DNA of 64,000 bases, from positions 9,695,957 to 9,759,956 of the forward strand of contig MU053881.1 in assembly GCA_013239625.1 (NCBI GenBank). The letters are read 5' to 3'. The position numbers and the translations under genes were made by a program. The DNA is from Lama guanicoe (Eukaryota). The notes beneath the pieces are model-generated. The model worked only from the letters and a program-made list of their open reading frames with translations, had not been told where the DNA came from and made no database searches. This document shows, in pieces, positions 53,345 through 64,000 of the stretch. The number at the start of each line of letters is the position of its first letter. Positions within the stretch are counted from its first letter, which is position 1.

Positions 53345-53822
53345 CATTTTATTTTGACATATTCACCTATAGTACCATTTACCCATTTAAAAGGTACAAT
53401 TCAATGTTTTTTTGTTTTTTTTTTTAGTATATTCAGAGTTCCCATAAGAAAGGTATACCCTTTGGCTACCACCTCCCTATCAGCCCATCCCTTTTCTCAG
53501 ACTCAGGCAACCACCAATAGGTGGAAATGTCACTACAGATTTCCTTGTTCTGGCCATTTTATATGAAGAAAATCACATAATGTATGGTCTTCTGTGACTG
53601 GCTTATTCCTCTTAGCATGTTTTCAATGTTTATCTATGTTGTAGCATTTATCAGTTCTCCATTCTTTTTTAGGGCTGAATAATATTTCATTGTGTGGATC
53701 CATCACTTCTGATTATCCATTAGTCAGTTGATAGACATCTGTATTGTTTCTACCTTTTAGCTATCATGTATAATGCTGCTATAAATGTATATGTACAGTT
53801 TTTGTTGGGACATATACCTAGA
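53345..53822 (-). mobile_element. Old L1 (L1MB-like) 3' UTR
   Basis: tttacccatttaaaaggtacaattcaatg...caggcaaccacc...ggctgaataatatttcattgtgtggat...acatatacctag. Confidence 0.85.
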
Positions 53823-53949
53823 ATCCGAGATTTTCAAATGATTAATTTAAGAGTATTTTTGTACTTTCACATTTCTTGAAACGATTTTATTCAAACTCTT
53901 CATAGGCACCTTCAACATTAATCTTCATCAGCAACAAACTCACTTTCTG

Positions 53950-54320
53950 ACTTACTTGACGGCTGTCCAGATCACATCATTTTCATTATATTCTAATTTC
54001 TTGGAAATAGACAAATTAAAAATCCATGGATAATAATCTCAGCGGAAATTTTAGACCAATCCACAAGAACTCTTTCATATAACATTTGAACACTTTGCTG
54101 ATTTTCCCACTTTTCTGGAAAGCTCATATATATGATCCGTAAGATGTAATCCACTTACTTGACTGCTGTTGAGAGAAACTTTTCAACGTTTGTTTACCAT
54201 GGTGTAGAACACTTTCAAGTGTGAGGTCAGACCACAAGAATAATTACTAAGTTTGTGTTAAATGTCTTTATTTTATTTTCCTAGCTTCGTCCATTGATTT
54301 CTTTGAGAATCCAAACAGGG
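53950..54320 (-). mobile_element. Fossil Tc2/pogo-type (DDE_1, POGK/Kanga-like) transposase fragment
   Basis: Manual minus-strand translation across frameshifts: LDSQRNQ...FNTNLVII-GLTSHLKVFYTMVNKR...SVQMLYERVLVDWSKISAEIIIHGFLIC-ISKKLEYNENDVIW. Collinear with the recalled POGK C-terminus. Confidence 0.75.
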
Positions 54321-54349
54321 CTCTGACTGAGATCATCTCTGGATGGTGT

Positions 54350-54740
54350 ATTTTCCCACTGATTTTGCATCTGCTGTTCCTCTGGTTGGGATGCTTTCCC
54401 CCACCAGATACCCAGTGCCTGAATCCCTCACTCACTGAACTGTCATTTTATTTCACAGAGGTTAGACTATGTAAACGGGTAACCCCACCTGAGACTTCCT
54501 AAATGAAAGACCTTGTTCCTGCTTCGTCTCCTTAGCATTTGTGATCATGTAACATTGATATGCTTTCTTACTTAGTTTGGTGCATCATTCATCTCTTCCA
54601 CTAGATTGTAAACTGTGAGAAGCAGGGAATTCTAGACTGTGCTCATGGCTGAAATGCAGCATCTAGAACAGTGCCTTGCACTTAATAAGCACTCAGTATT
54701 TGCCAAACGAGTAAATTAGTTGTTGAGTAAATTAGCCTAC
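54350..54740 (+). mobile_element. L2 3' end
   Basis: ccactagattgtaaactgtgagaagcaggg...atctagaacagtgccttgcacttaataagcactcagtatttg. Confidence 0.8.
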
Positions 54741-54894
54741 TACTCAAAAAATAAAATAACTGAGGGAGCTCCCCATGATGTGAGAAGCTTTGTAACAAAC
54801 CAAATATGTTGACTCTTTCATTGATAATGAATAATTCAGAGCAATAATATTCCTTAATAATTTGGCATATATATTATCTGTTAAAGTCTGTCAT

Positions 54895-57800
54895 CTTATT
54901 TAACTTTTCATTATTGTTAAATATTTGCCTACAGAGATCAAAATAAAAATGTAAAGCTCATAAAGTGAACGCTGATATAACCACTCCCCTGGTGAAGCAA
55001 CAGAACACCCTTGTGCTCTTTTGCTCGCACACCTTCCCTCCCTGTTCAAAGATAATTACTCTTCCGTCATTTTTAGTTATCACTTCTTTGCTTTCATTTA
55101 TGCTTTTTCTATAAATAACATGCCCCAAATACTATGATTTTGCCCATTTTTCTTTTTACTAGTGAAATAAAAAAATGCATCCTTTTTACTACTGAAATAA
55201 AGAATGTTATGTGTAGCTATAATGCATTTATTCTCGTTACTATATTTTACACACTGCGTGAATTTACCACCATTTACTTTACTACTGATCGACATTGATA
55301 TTGCTTCCAGTTTGGAACAATTTTATAAATGAAACTGTTTTGAACCTTCTTGTACATGTTTTCTATGTACACCTGTATGCATTTCAGCTGGGTATATCAG
55401 TTTGGATATATTAGACATCTAATTTCATATGGTTCAAGCTACTATCTAAGGGTGAAATTTCTAGTTGTATGAATTTTTGACTTTAATTTTCCAAAGGTGT
55501 GCCAAACTGTCCACAGTGTATGAGAGTTCCAGGTGCTCCATCCACATCCTTGCCAGCATCTCATATTGTCAGGGTGTTCATTTTTAGGCACTCTGCTGGG
55601 TACGTAGTCTTATCACATAGTGACTTTCATTTGTACAACCTTGATAACTTACGAGGCTGACAAACCTTACATGTGCGTATCAGGCATCTTTGACAAAATG
55701 ACTGTTCAAGTACTTATCTGTTTTTTTCTCTTGCACTATCTCTGTTTTGCTAATTGTTTTGCAGGAGTTCTTTGTATATTTTGGATTTAAGCCCCTTTGC
55801 ATAATATGTGTTGAAAATATATTCTTTCACCCTGAAACTTAATTTTTCACCCTATTCATCCTGAGCTTTAATATACCAATATTCCTAATATAAATGCAGT
55901 TTAATTACCGATTTTCTTTATGTTTATGACTATTCTATTCCTTTAAAACTTTCTCTATGCCAAATATAATGTTCCAGAAAAAATCACTGTTTTGTCTTTC
56001 ACAATTTAAGCTACAATTCACCTGGAATTAGTTTTTGTGTGTGTGAGGTTGGGTTTTGTTTTGTTTTGTTTTGTTTTCCTATGTGGATTTCCAACAGAAT
56101 CAGCAACATTTATTGAACAATGGTACTTCCTCCACACTGCAGTACCAAGTTTGTCATAGATCAGGAATCAGTACATGAGAGAAGCTGTTTATGGAATTTT
56201 TGTTTCAGTGCTCAGTTTGTCTATGTTTATAGCAATATTGTTCTGTCTTAATTATAACAGCTCTATAATAAAGTCTTAATATTACATAGAATAAGTCACC
56301 AACTTTGTCTTTTCCACATTATACTGGTTATTCTTGGCTCTTGGCAATTCCGTATGCATTTATCATCAACTTGTCAAGTTATATCAAGCAAAAGGAAATT
56401 TTTTTAAAACTCCATTCAATTTATTTAGATCATCTTTATGTTCTGTCAATACTATATCAGAGTTTCATTTGCAGAGGTGTGCATAGCTTTCATTAGATTT
56501 GGTCTTCAGTGGTTTGTATTTCTGGTACTTTCATGAATGGTATTGTTTTATAAAATTCATTTTCTAATTGCTTGTTTAGTGCAATCAATACAGTTGATTT
56601 TTACCTACTGACATTAGTAATTCCAGTATTTTTAATGTAATTTTTTTTGACTTTTCATGTAGATTTGTCTGCAAATAAATGGTTTTATTTCCTGGGTCTC
56701 AATCATGACTTCATTCTTTTCCTTTTTTTTTCCCTTGATTTGTGATATTGGCTACAACCATTAGTGCATTATTGAACCACAGTTCTGTTATTTTAGGCAC
56801 ACTTGTCTTGAACTCAATCTCAGAGAAAACTTGCAATATTTTACACTAAATATAATGTTTGATGTGATTCATTTTTTAATTTTTAAATTTCTTTTGTGAG
56901 TAACTTTTATAACTTAAGGAAGTTTTTTCAGTTTGCTAAACTTTTTATCAATAAAGAATGTTGTATTTCACTAAGATTTTCTGTATCTTTTTCCCTTTTT
57001 CTGTTAGTATGCTGTATTACAGTGATTTTCAAATATTAAACAAACCTTGCATTGATGGCATAAGCCTATTTACAATGCATTATTCTTTTTTAAATTGCTG
57101 GATTTGGTTTGTTAATAATTTGTTTAGGATGTTCTCCTCTACATTCATGAGTAATACTGGCCATTAATTTCCTTTTCTAATAATCACCTTTTCAGCTTTT
57201 TGGTGTCATAAAATGAGCGGGGGAAATATCTGCTCCTTGTTCTAGCTTTTGAAAGAATTTATGCTAGATTAGCATCATTTCTTCCAGAAATGTCTGCTAG
57301 AATTTCCTGGACCTGGAATTTTACTTTTTGGAAGGTTTTAATTCATAAATTAAATTTCCTTAATAATTACAGATAAATTTAGATTTAAAATTTATTCTTA
57401 TGTAATTCTTTTGTGGATTTATCTAATCTAAATGTATATGTTTATTGGCATAGAATTGTCATATCTTTAATTATCTTTTTAATATCTACACATATGCAAT
57501 ATTGACTTCTTTTCATTCCTAACATTGGTAGACTTTCTTATCACATCCTCTTTTATACACTCTTGTGCTTTTCTATATTTTTGTCCCTCTATGATTTATT
57601 CTGAAAATTTTCTTATGTATCTTCCAATTCACTTAGTCTCTCTTTATCTCTATCTAATCCACTGATAAAATTACCCACTGAGTACCTAACTTTAGTTATT
57701 GTATTTTTTCAGTTCTCAAATATCTATTTTTTTTCTCTTATTTCCATGTTCCCCCGTAATTTTAATATTTTATTATTTTGAATTATTTGTATTTTACCTA

Positions 57801-60634
57801 TGTGATCTCATAACTCTATGTGCTGCTTCTAAAGAATGTGTCCCAACACTGAATTAAACAAATGTAGCGATAGCTCAAAGACCTGGGTAATGTTATTCTT
57901 CTCTTCTCTTAACCCTGAAACTTAATTTTTCACCCTATTCATCCTGAGCTTTAATATACCAATATTCCTAATATAAATGCAGTTTAATTACCGATTTTCT
58001 TTATGTTTATGACTATTCTATTCCTTTAAAACTTTCTCTATGCCAAATATAATGTTCCAGAAAAAATCACTGTTTTGTCTTTCACAATTTAAGCTACAAT
58101 TCACCTGGAATTAGTTTTTGTGTGTGTGAGGTTGGGTTTTGTTTTGTTTTGTTTTGTTTTCCTATGTGGATTTCCAACAGAATCAGCAACATTTATTGAA
58201 CAATGGTACTTCCTCCACACTGCAGTACCAAGTTTGTCATAGATCAGGAATCAGTACATGAGAGAAGCTGTTTATGGAATTTTTGTTTCAGTGCTCAGTT
58301 TGTCTATGTTTATAGCAATATTGTTCTGTCTTAATTATAACAGCTCTATAATAAAGTCTTAATATTACATAGAATAAGTCACCAACTTTGTCTTTTCCAC
58401 ATTATACTGGTTATTCTTGGCTCTTGGCAATTCCGTATGCATTTATCATCAACTTGTCAAGTTATATCAAGCAAAAGGAAATTTTTTTAAAACTCCATTC
58501 AATTTATTTAGATCATCTTTATGTTCTGTCAATACTATATCAGAGTTTCATTTGCAGAGGTGTGCATAGCTTTCATTAGATTTGGTCTTCAGTGGTTTGT
58601 ATTTCTGGTACTTTCATGAATGGTATTGTTTTATAAAATTCATTTTCTAATTGCTTGTTTAGTGCAATCAATACAGTTGATTTTTACCTACTGACATTAG
58701 TAATTCCAGTATTTTTAATGTAATTTTTTTTGACTTTTCATGTAGATTTGTCTGCAAATAAATGGTTTTATTTCCTGGGTCTCAATCATGACTTCATTCT
58801 TTTCCGTTTTTTTCCCTTGATTTGTGATATTGGCTACAACCATTAGTGCATTATTGAACCACAGTTCTGTTATTTTAGGCACACTTGTCTTGAACTCAAT
58901 CTCAGAGAAAACTTGCAATATTTTACACTAAATATAATGTTTGATGTGATTCATTTTTTAATTTTTAAATTTCTTTTGTGAGTAACTTTTATAACTTAAG
59001 GAAGTTCTCTTTTTCAGTTTGCTAAACTTTTTATCAATAAAGAATGTTATATTTCACTAAGATTTTCTGTATCTTTTTCCCTTTTTCTGTTAGTATGCTG
59101 TATTACAGTGATTTTCAAATATTAAACAAACCTTGCATTGATGGCATAAGCCTATTTACAATGCATTATTCTTTTTTAAATTGCTGGATTTGGTTTGTTA
59201 ATAATTTGTTTAGGATGTTCTCCTCTACATTCATGAGTAATACTGGCCATTAATTTCCTTTTCTAATAATCACCTTTTCAGCTTTTTGGTGTCAAGATTA
59301 TTTATGCTGAACTCATAAAATGAGCGGGGGAAATATCTGCTCCTTATTCTAGCTTTTGAAAGAATTTATGCGAGATTAGCATCATTTCTTCCAGAAATGT
59401 CTGCTAGAATTTCCTGGACCTGGAATTTTACTTTTTGGAAGGTTTTAATTCATAAATTAAATTTCCTTAATAATTACAGATAAATTTAGATTTAAAATTT
59501 ATTCTTATGTAATTCTTTTGTGGATTTATCTAATCTAAATGTATATGTTTATTGGCATAGAATTGTCATATCTTTAATTATCTTTTTAATATCTACACAT
59601 ATGCAATATTGACTTCTTTTCATTCCTAACATTGGTAGACTTTCTTATCACATCCTCTTTTATACACTCTTGTGCTTTTCTATATTTTTGTCCCTCTATG
59701 ATTTATTCTGAAAATTTTCTTATGTATCTTCCAATTCACTTAGTCTCTCTTTATCTCTATCTAATCCACTGATAAAATTACCCACTGAGTACCTAACTTT
59801 AGTTATTGTATTTTTTCAGTTCTCAAATATCTATTTTTTCTCTTATTTCCATGTTCCCCCGTAATTTTAATATTTTATTATTTTGATCATAACAAGCATG
59901 GTTACTTTAAAAATCTATATTCCATAGCTTTAATATCTGAAGTCCCAATGAATCTGTTTTTATTGTCTGTTGCTGTTATTGGTATTTATTCATGTTGTAA
60001 ATTATTTGTAATGGTTTTTACCTATGTGATCTCATAACTCTATGTGCTGCTTCTAAAGAATGTGTCCCAACACTGAATTAAACAAATGTAGCGATAGCTC
60101 AAAGACCTGGGTAATGTTATTCTTCTCTTGATTAAAAAATAATAATAATGTTTGTTTCCATAAGATGCCCGGGGGCACAGTTACTCTGTGATTTCTCAGT
60201 CCAGTTTCCAGTTTAGCTTGGTGGGAAGCAGAGCTGCCGTCCCTGTGAGGATTTATCCAGTTTCCGCTCCTCTACAGACTCGGTCCCTCAGAGTCACAAA
60301 CCAAAGTGATCAGAGTTTTACAACAGCCTCCCTTCCTTCTCCTGGTAGGCTCTAAATTTCTGATACCTTAGCTCCATGCACTATTTAAACTTCAGTCTCT
60401 CAGGTGATTGGCTTCATAATCAGAAAACACTCTGGGGGGGGGGGGAACCAGAAGAACTCTAAGAATGGGATCCTCCTCAGGGCCTCCACCATCTTATTGA
60501 TCCTGGCCTGGTAACATTTTTGTTCCCCAGTAGTTTCAAATAGCCATTTTTAACATTTTGTCTAAGTTTTCTAGCTGTCTTCATAAGAAATTTGGTTCAA
60601 ATTACCTGGTGATTTATTACTAGAAGCTGAAGTC
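54895..60634 (-). mobile_element. Ancient L1 (L1ME-like), internally deleted, retaining 3'- and 5'-end motifs
   Basis: cagtgtatgagagttcca, cacatccttgccagca, ttaaggaagtt...gtttgctaa, tcataaaatgag, and terminal ttttctagctgt...ctagaagctgaagtc. Confidence 0.75.
55829..60129 (+). repeat. Direct tandem duplication (copy 1 55829-57905, copy 2 57912-60129)
   Basis: Identical ORFs at 56305/58388 and 56958/59044; initial offset 2083 bp; 6-bp junction insert ctctta. Confidence 0.97.
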
Positions 60635-61529
60635 TAAATAATCTTTATGATGATATAAAATAACAAATTTTTTCAAAATGATGGAAAAGCTTATGTGCTT
60701 TAGATCAAAAGCTAAATTATTTGGAATTTACATTTTTTTTTAGTAAAATCAGTTCCTTAACAAGTGATGCTGCATATTATTAAATGATCAGAGTATAAGA
60801 AAGGATAAAGGAAACTAATACAATACTAATATTACTAACACTGATTAATCAAATAGCTAATATTAATAAACATAGAAAACCAATATTTATTGATAGTTGT
60901 GGTCCACTGACTACAAATGTACGTGTGTGTATGTGTATATATGTGTGTGTGCTTTTATATATATATAAAACTTGGAATATGTATATATATTCCTCCTATT
61001 ATTTGATTCCAAGTTTACAAGCAGGTGCTGAAAGCTAATGAACCCACCATGACCACTAATGATTGCATTTTGGGTGTTTTTTTGCTCTTTTGTTGTATTA
61101 GAACAGCAAGCAATTCATTACTTCAGCCCACAATTAAAATGTAAGTATCTTTAAAGTAAACGGCAAAAACAACCCCTACATATTCCTCCTTTGAAAGAAG
61201 TAATTTTAACAGACCTTAAAAAAAAAAATTTCCCCCCCTTCCAGTGACCCAATCAAATCCTCCCAGATAACTGCTAAAAATAAGCACTATTTTCTAGCCT
61301 CTGGTTCAAAAACTCACAAAACTTAATGGAAAATAAAACTGAGGCAGAACTGGAATGAGATAAGAGTAAAATTCAGAAATCATGAGCTTTACTATCTAGT
61401 GGTAACAACAGACAATTAGCTGAAAGCTAATTTAGCTGAAAGCTCATTTAAACATAAATAGCTTGTCTGGGTTGAAATAAACCTGTACAAGGAGAGGTCT
61501 CCAAAGAGAGTCATGGGGCTGGGAGAAAT

Positions 61530-61760
61530 TAGTTCATAGTTAAGGCTTTGATGGGACCTATTTTCTCCTCTCTTCCTTATTAACTGTGTAACCTGTTAGA
61601 ACTTATGTAATTCTTGGCCTGTAACGTAAGAATAATAATAAATCTACCTCTTGGGGTTCTTATGAAGACTGATCAACACACACCAAAGCTTTGAACAATG
61701 AAGAGAACACAGGACACACTCAGTGAGGACTGTGTACCATTGTCATCATCATTATCACTA
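61530..61760 (+). mobile_element. MIR
   Basis: ccttattaactgtgtaacct...aataataataaatctacctcttggggttcttatgaagact. Confidence 0.6.
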
Positions 61761-62356
61761 ACGTTAGACAACTGAAAAGATTTTATCATGGCTCCAGGAA
61801 ATCTGAGTAGGTCAGAAACATCAGACGGACGAGTCTACGTTACATGAGTATCATACAAAATATACAACCCCAGAAATGATGGATACCATAAGTCTCTTTC
61901 CTACTCATTGTGAAGAAGTCATTTTTGTGACCTCTCCAAACTTCCTCTGAAACAAATTAGACATGTTATACTGTCCACTCCCAGCGGAATCTGCTGGTTT
62001 CATAAGGACAAAATACTAATAGGATTTGTTTTGATCTTCTCTGGGTAACTTCACAACCGGGGAGTTCTAGAAAGATGAGGGGAAACAATGCTTTAAATAT
62101 CCATAGTCTGGCCCATAAACACAATTTGAATTATATTATAGCTTAGAAAGTCAAGTTATGAGTTAATGTATATGACTGAGTGAGGAATAAATGGCTTACA
62201 AATGAATTTTGAATCATACCTTTCTCAGAAATTAGATACTCCCTATATAAATACAAATTTGAATTGATTTCCTCTTCATATTTAGTAGTTTTCTTCTTGC
62301 TTCCATGAATATAGTCTGACTTCTCTCAGGGACTCAACTTGTCACCTTTAACAGAG

Positions 62357-62579
62357 CAGGCGGTTGACAAATGTTTTCCATAAAGGGTCAGAGAGTAACT
62401 ATGTTAATTTTTCTGGCCATGTGATCTTCATTCCAACTGCTCAAGTCTAGTGCAGAAGCACAAAAGTGGCCATAGGCAATGTGGTGAACAAATGGGAGTT
62501 ACAGTTACAATAAAATTTTACTTACAAAAACAAGTGGGTGGCTGGATTTGACCCTTGGGCCATGGTGTGCCTACCCCTG
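62357..62579 (+). mobile_element. MER58A (hAT-Charlie MITE)
   Basis: caggcggttgacaaatgttttccataaagggtcaga...caataaaattttacttacaaaaacaag...cctacccctg. Confidence 0.85.
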
Positions 62580-64000
62580 AAAAGTAATAGAAAGTCAAAG
62601 ACTTTCTGTATCTCAGTCACTCCTACAAAGGGAATGACTTTGTTCTGGCTAACTATAGTTTGAAATCTTCACGCAGCTTTCTTTTACGGCTAGCACTGTG
62701 AGATATTTATTATTTATTTAAAGAATGCAATCTTGGGATAGAAGAAGGTATGCATTATTCAAACTTGCAATAATTTTTTTTTAAGTCTCTGGTATATAAC
62801 GATACCTTGAGTTTAAGTGTATTTGAAAAGAATTCTTTCTCTCACATTGTTATGCAGACACTCAGGAGCTGTAGCAAACAGTTTGCACATCTGATTCTCT
62901 TCAGTATTTTCTCACCAACACTTTGATGAAAAAAGACTGTTATTTTAAAGATAATTTGAAGACTACCAGACATCACATTGTAGGGACTACAGTTTGAACT
63001 TTCAGGACTATAAAGCTATTTTATTAAGACAGAGGTAGGAAAGCACTAGAAAGCTCTACTCTTTCTCTCTTTCTCACTTTCTTTCTTTCTTTCTTTCCTC
63101 CTTTTAGAGGAAAGCACAGAAGTCTTGAAAAACTGAAATTATTCTTTTAACTTTGGTTCTTGAGTTTGTGAAGTTTTTTTTTTTTCCTTTTTCTTGATAG
63201 ACATGCTTTCATAGCATTTGACAATACTGAGGTGGGTACATTTTACTTAACTGGGACAGAGGACTGAAGCCAAAATTCTAAGCATGATTTAAATTTAGAC
63301 ACTGACTTCCCATCTGGACTGGAAGAAAAAGATTGGCTTTCTCCTTAACTTGTATTTACCTATCTTGTTGCAATATAATGAAAATTAATTAATCTGTGTT
63401 AGGGAAACACGTGGAAGACGAGAATGCCTTATAAGTACTAGATATCTTTAAAAGATGTCCCTGTTGGAATAAATGACTCCTGCCAAAATACTTGGAGAGA
63501 GAATATTGCTTTGCATTTAAAACCCTAATTTAATTTTCAGTAAAATGTTATTGCTTTCTTTGTTAAATAGATTGAATAACCATAAAGTCTTTGATCAAAT
63601 AAATGCTACCATGGATGGATTATTGTCACATTGTGGTTGGAACAAACACGAGATATTGATCTTAGTGATGTTTTATTCATATTAGAAATCATGTCAATAC
63701 AAGCCATTTGGACAGATGGAGAGTCATATACTTAACTACAGAATTTAACTACCTGTCCTTGTTTTCTTAAATTTTCCAGTTCATTAAAGCATCATTTTTA
63801 TTAGTAAATCCAAGAATTAATGAGCTTGATAGCAGCTTCTATCACTGGGCTTTTGAGCAAGATTTTCTATTATCACCTGCAGACTAGCCTTCTGGGCATA
63901 CAAATTTCATTCTTTTTCTCTTCCCTGAATTTTTCCATGAAATTTGCTTTGACGTTACTAATAGCAGACCAGAATTTAATGATTTTCAAGCAAAATGCCA

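Noticed and set aside
56305..59253. Duplicated 63-aa and 69-aa ORFs as a gene pair
   Set aside because: Antisense to decayed L1 sequence inside the 2.08-kb duplication.
1..64000. CRISPR arrays, tRNA/rRNA genes, operons or other prokaryote-type systems
   Set aside because: The sequence is mammalian; no repeat-spacer array or structured RNA gene was seen.

Overview
Mammalian genomic DNA, most likely a camelid (alpaca/llama/camel). Evidence for this: the young L1 3' ends have the camelid-type tail, and I saw no Alu, B1, Bov-tA, PRE-1 or Can-SINE. No protein-coding exon could be recognised, and nearly all entries in the ORF track look like chance ORFs in repeats or GC-rich DNA. The centre is a CpG-island promoter (~30.8-31.9 kb) of an unidentified gene that most likely runs on the minus strand. 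Its 5' leader contains a (CAG/AGC)15 repeat, a long Z-DNA-type purine-pyrimidine tract, two splice donors and an ATG-initiated poly-Ala frame. Positions 1-30.5 kb behave like that gene's long first intron, with few repeats, a possible alternative promoter at ~17.1-17.6 kb and enhancer-like motif clusters. Positions 32-64 kb are repeat-rich upstream DNA (MIR, L2, L1, MER) with a second small CpG island and a strong bipartite CTCF site. Structural oddities: a 2.08-kb tandem duplication whose deletions all fall in one copy; a 203-bp duplication across the 5' edge of a solo ERV1 LTR nested in MER58B; a twin-primed inverted L1; a possible L1 3' transduction; and a fossil Tc2/pogo transposase. I found no convincing new biological system. 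The leader architecture of the central gene is the best lead. Repeat family names come from recalled consensus sequences and boundaries are approximate unless stated.
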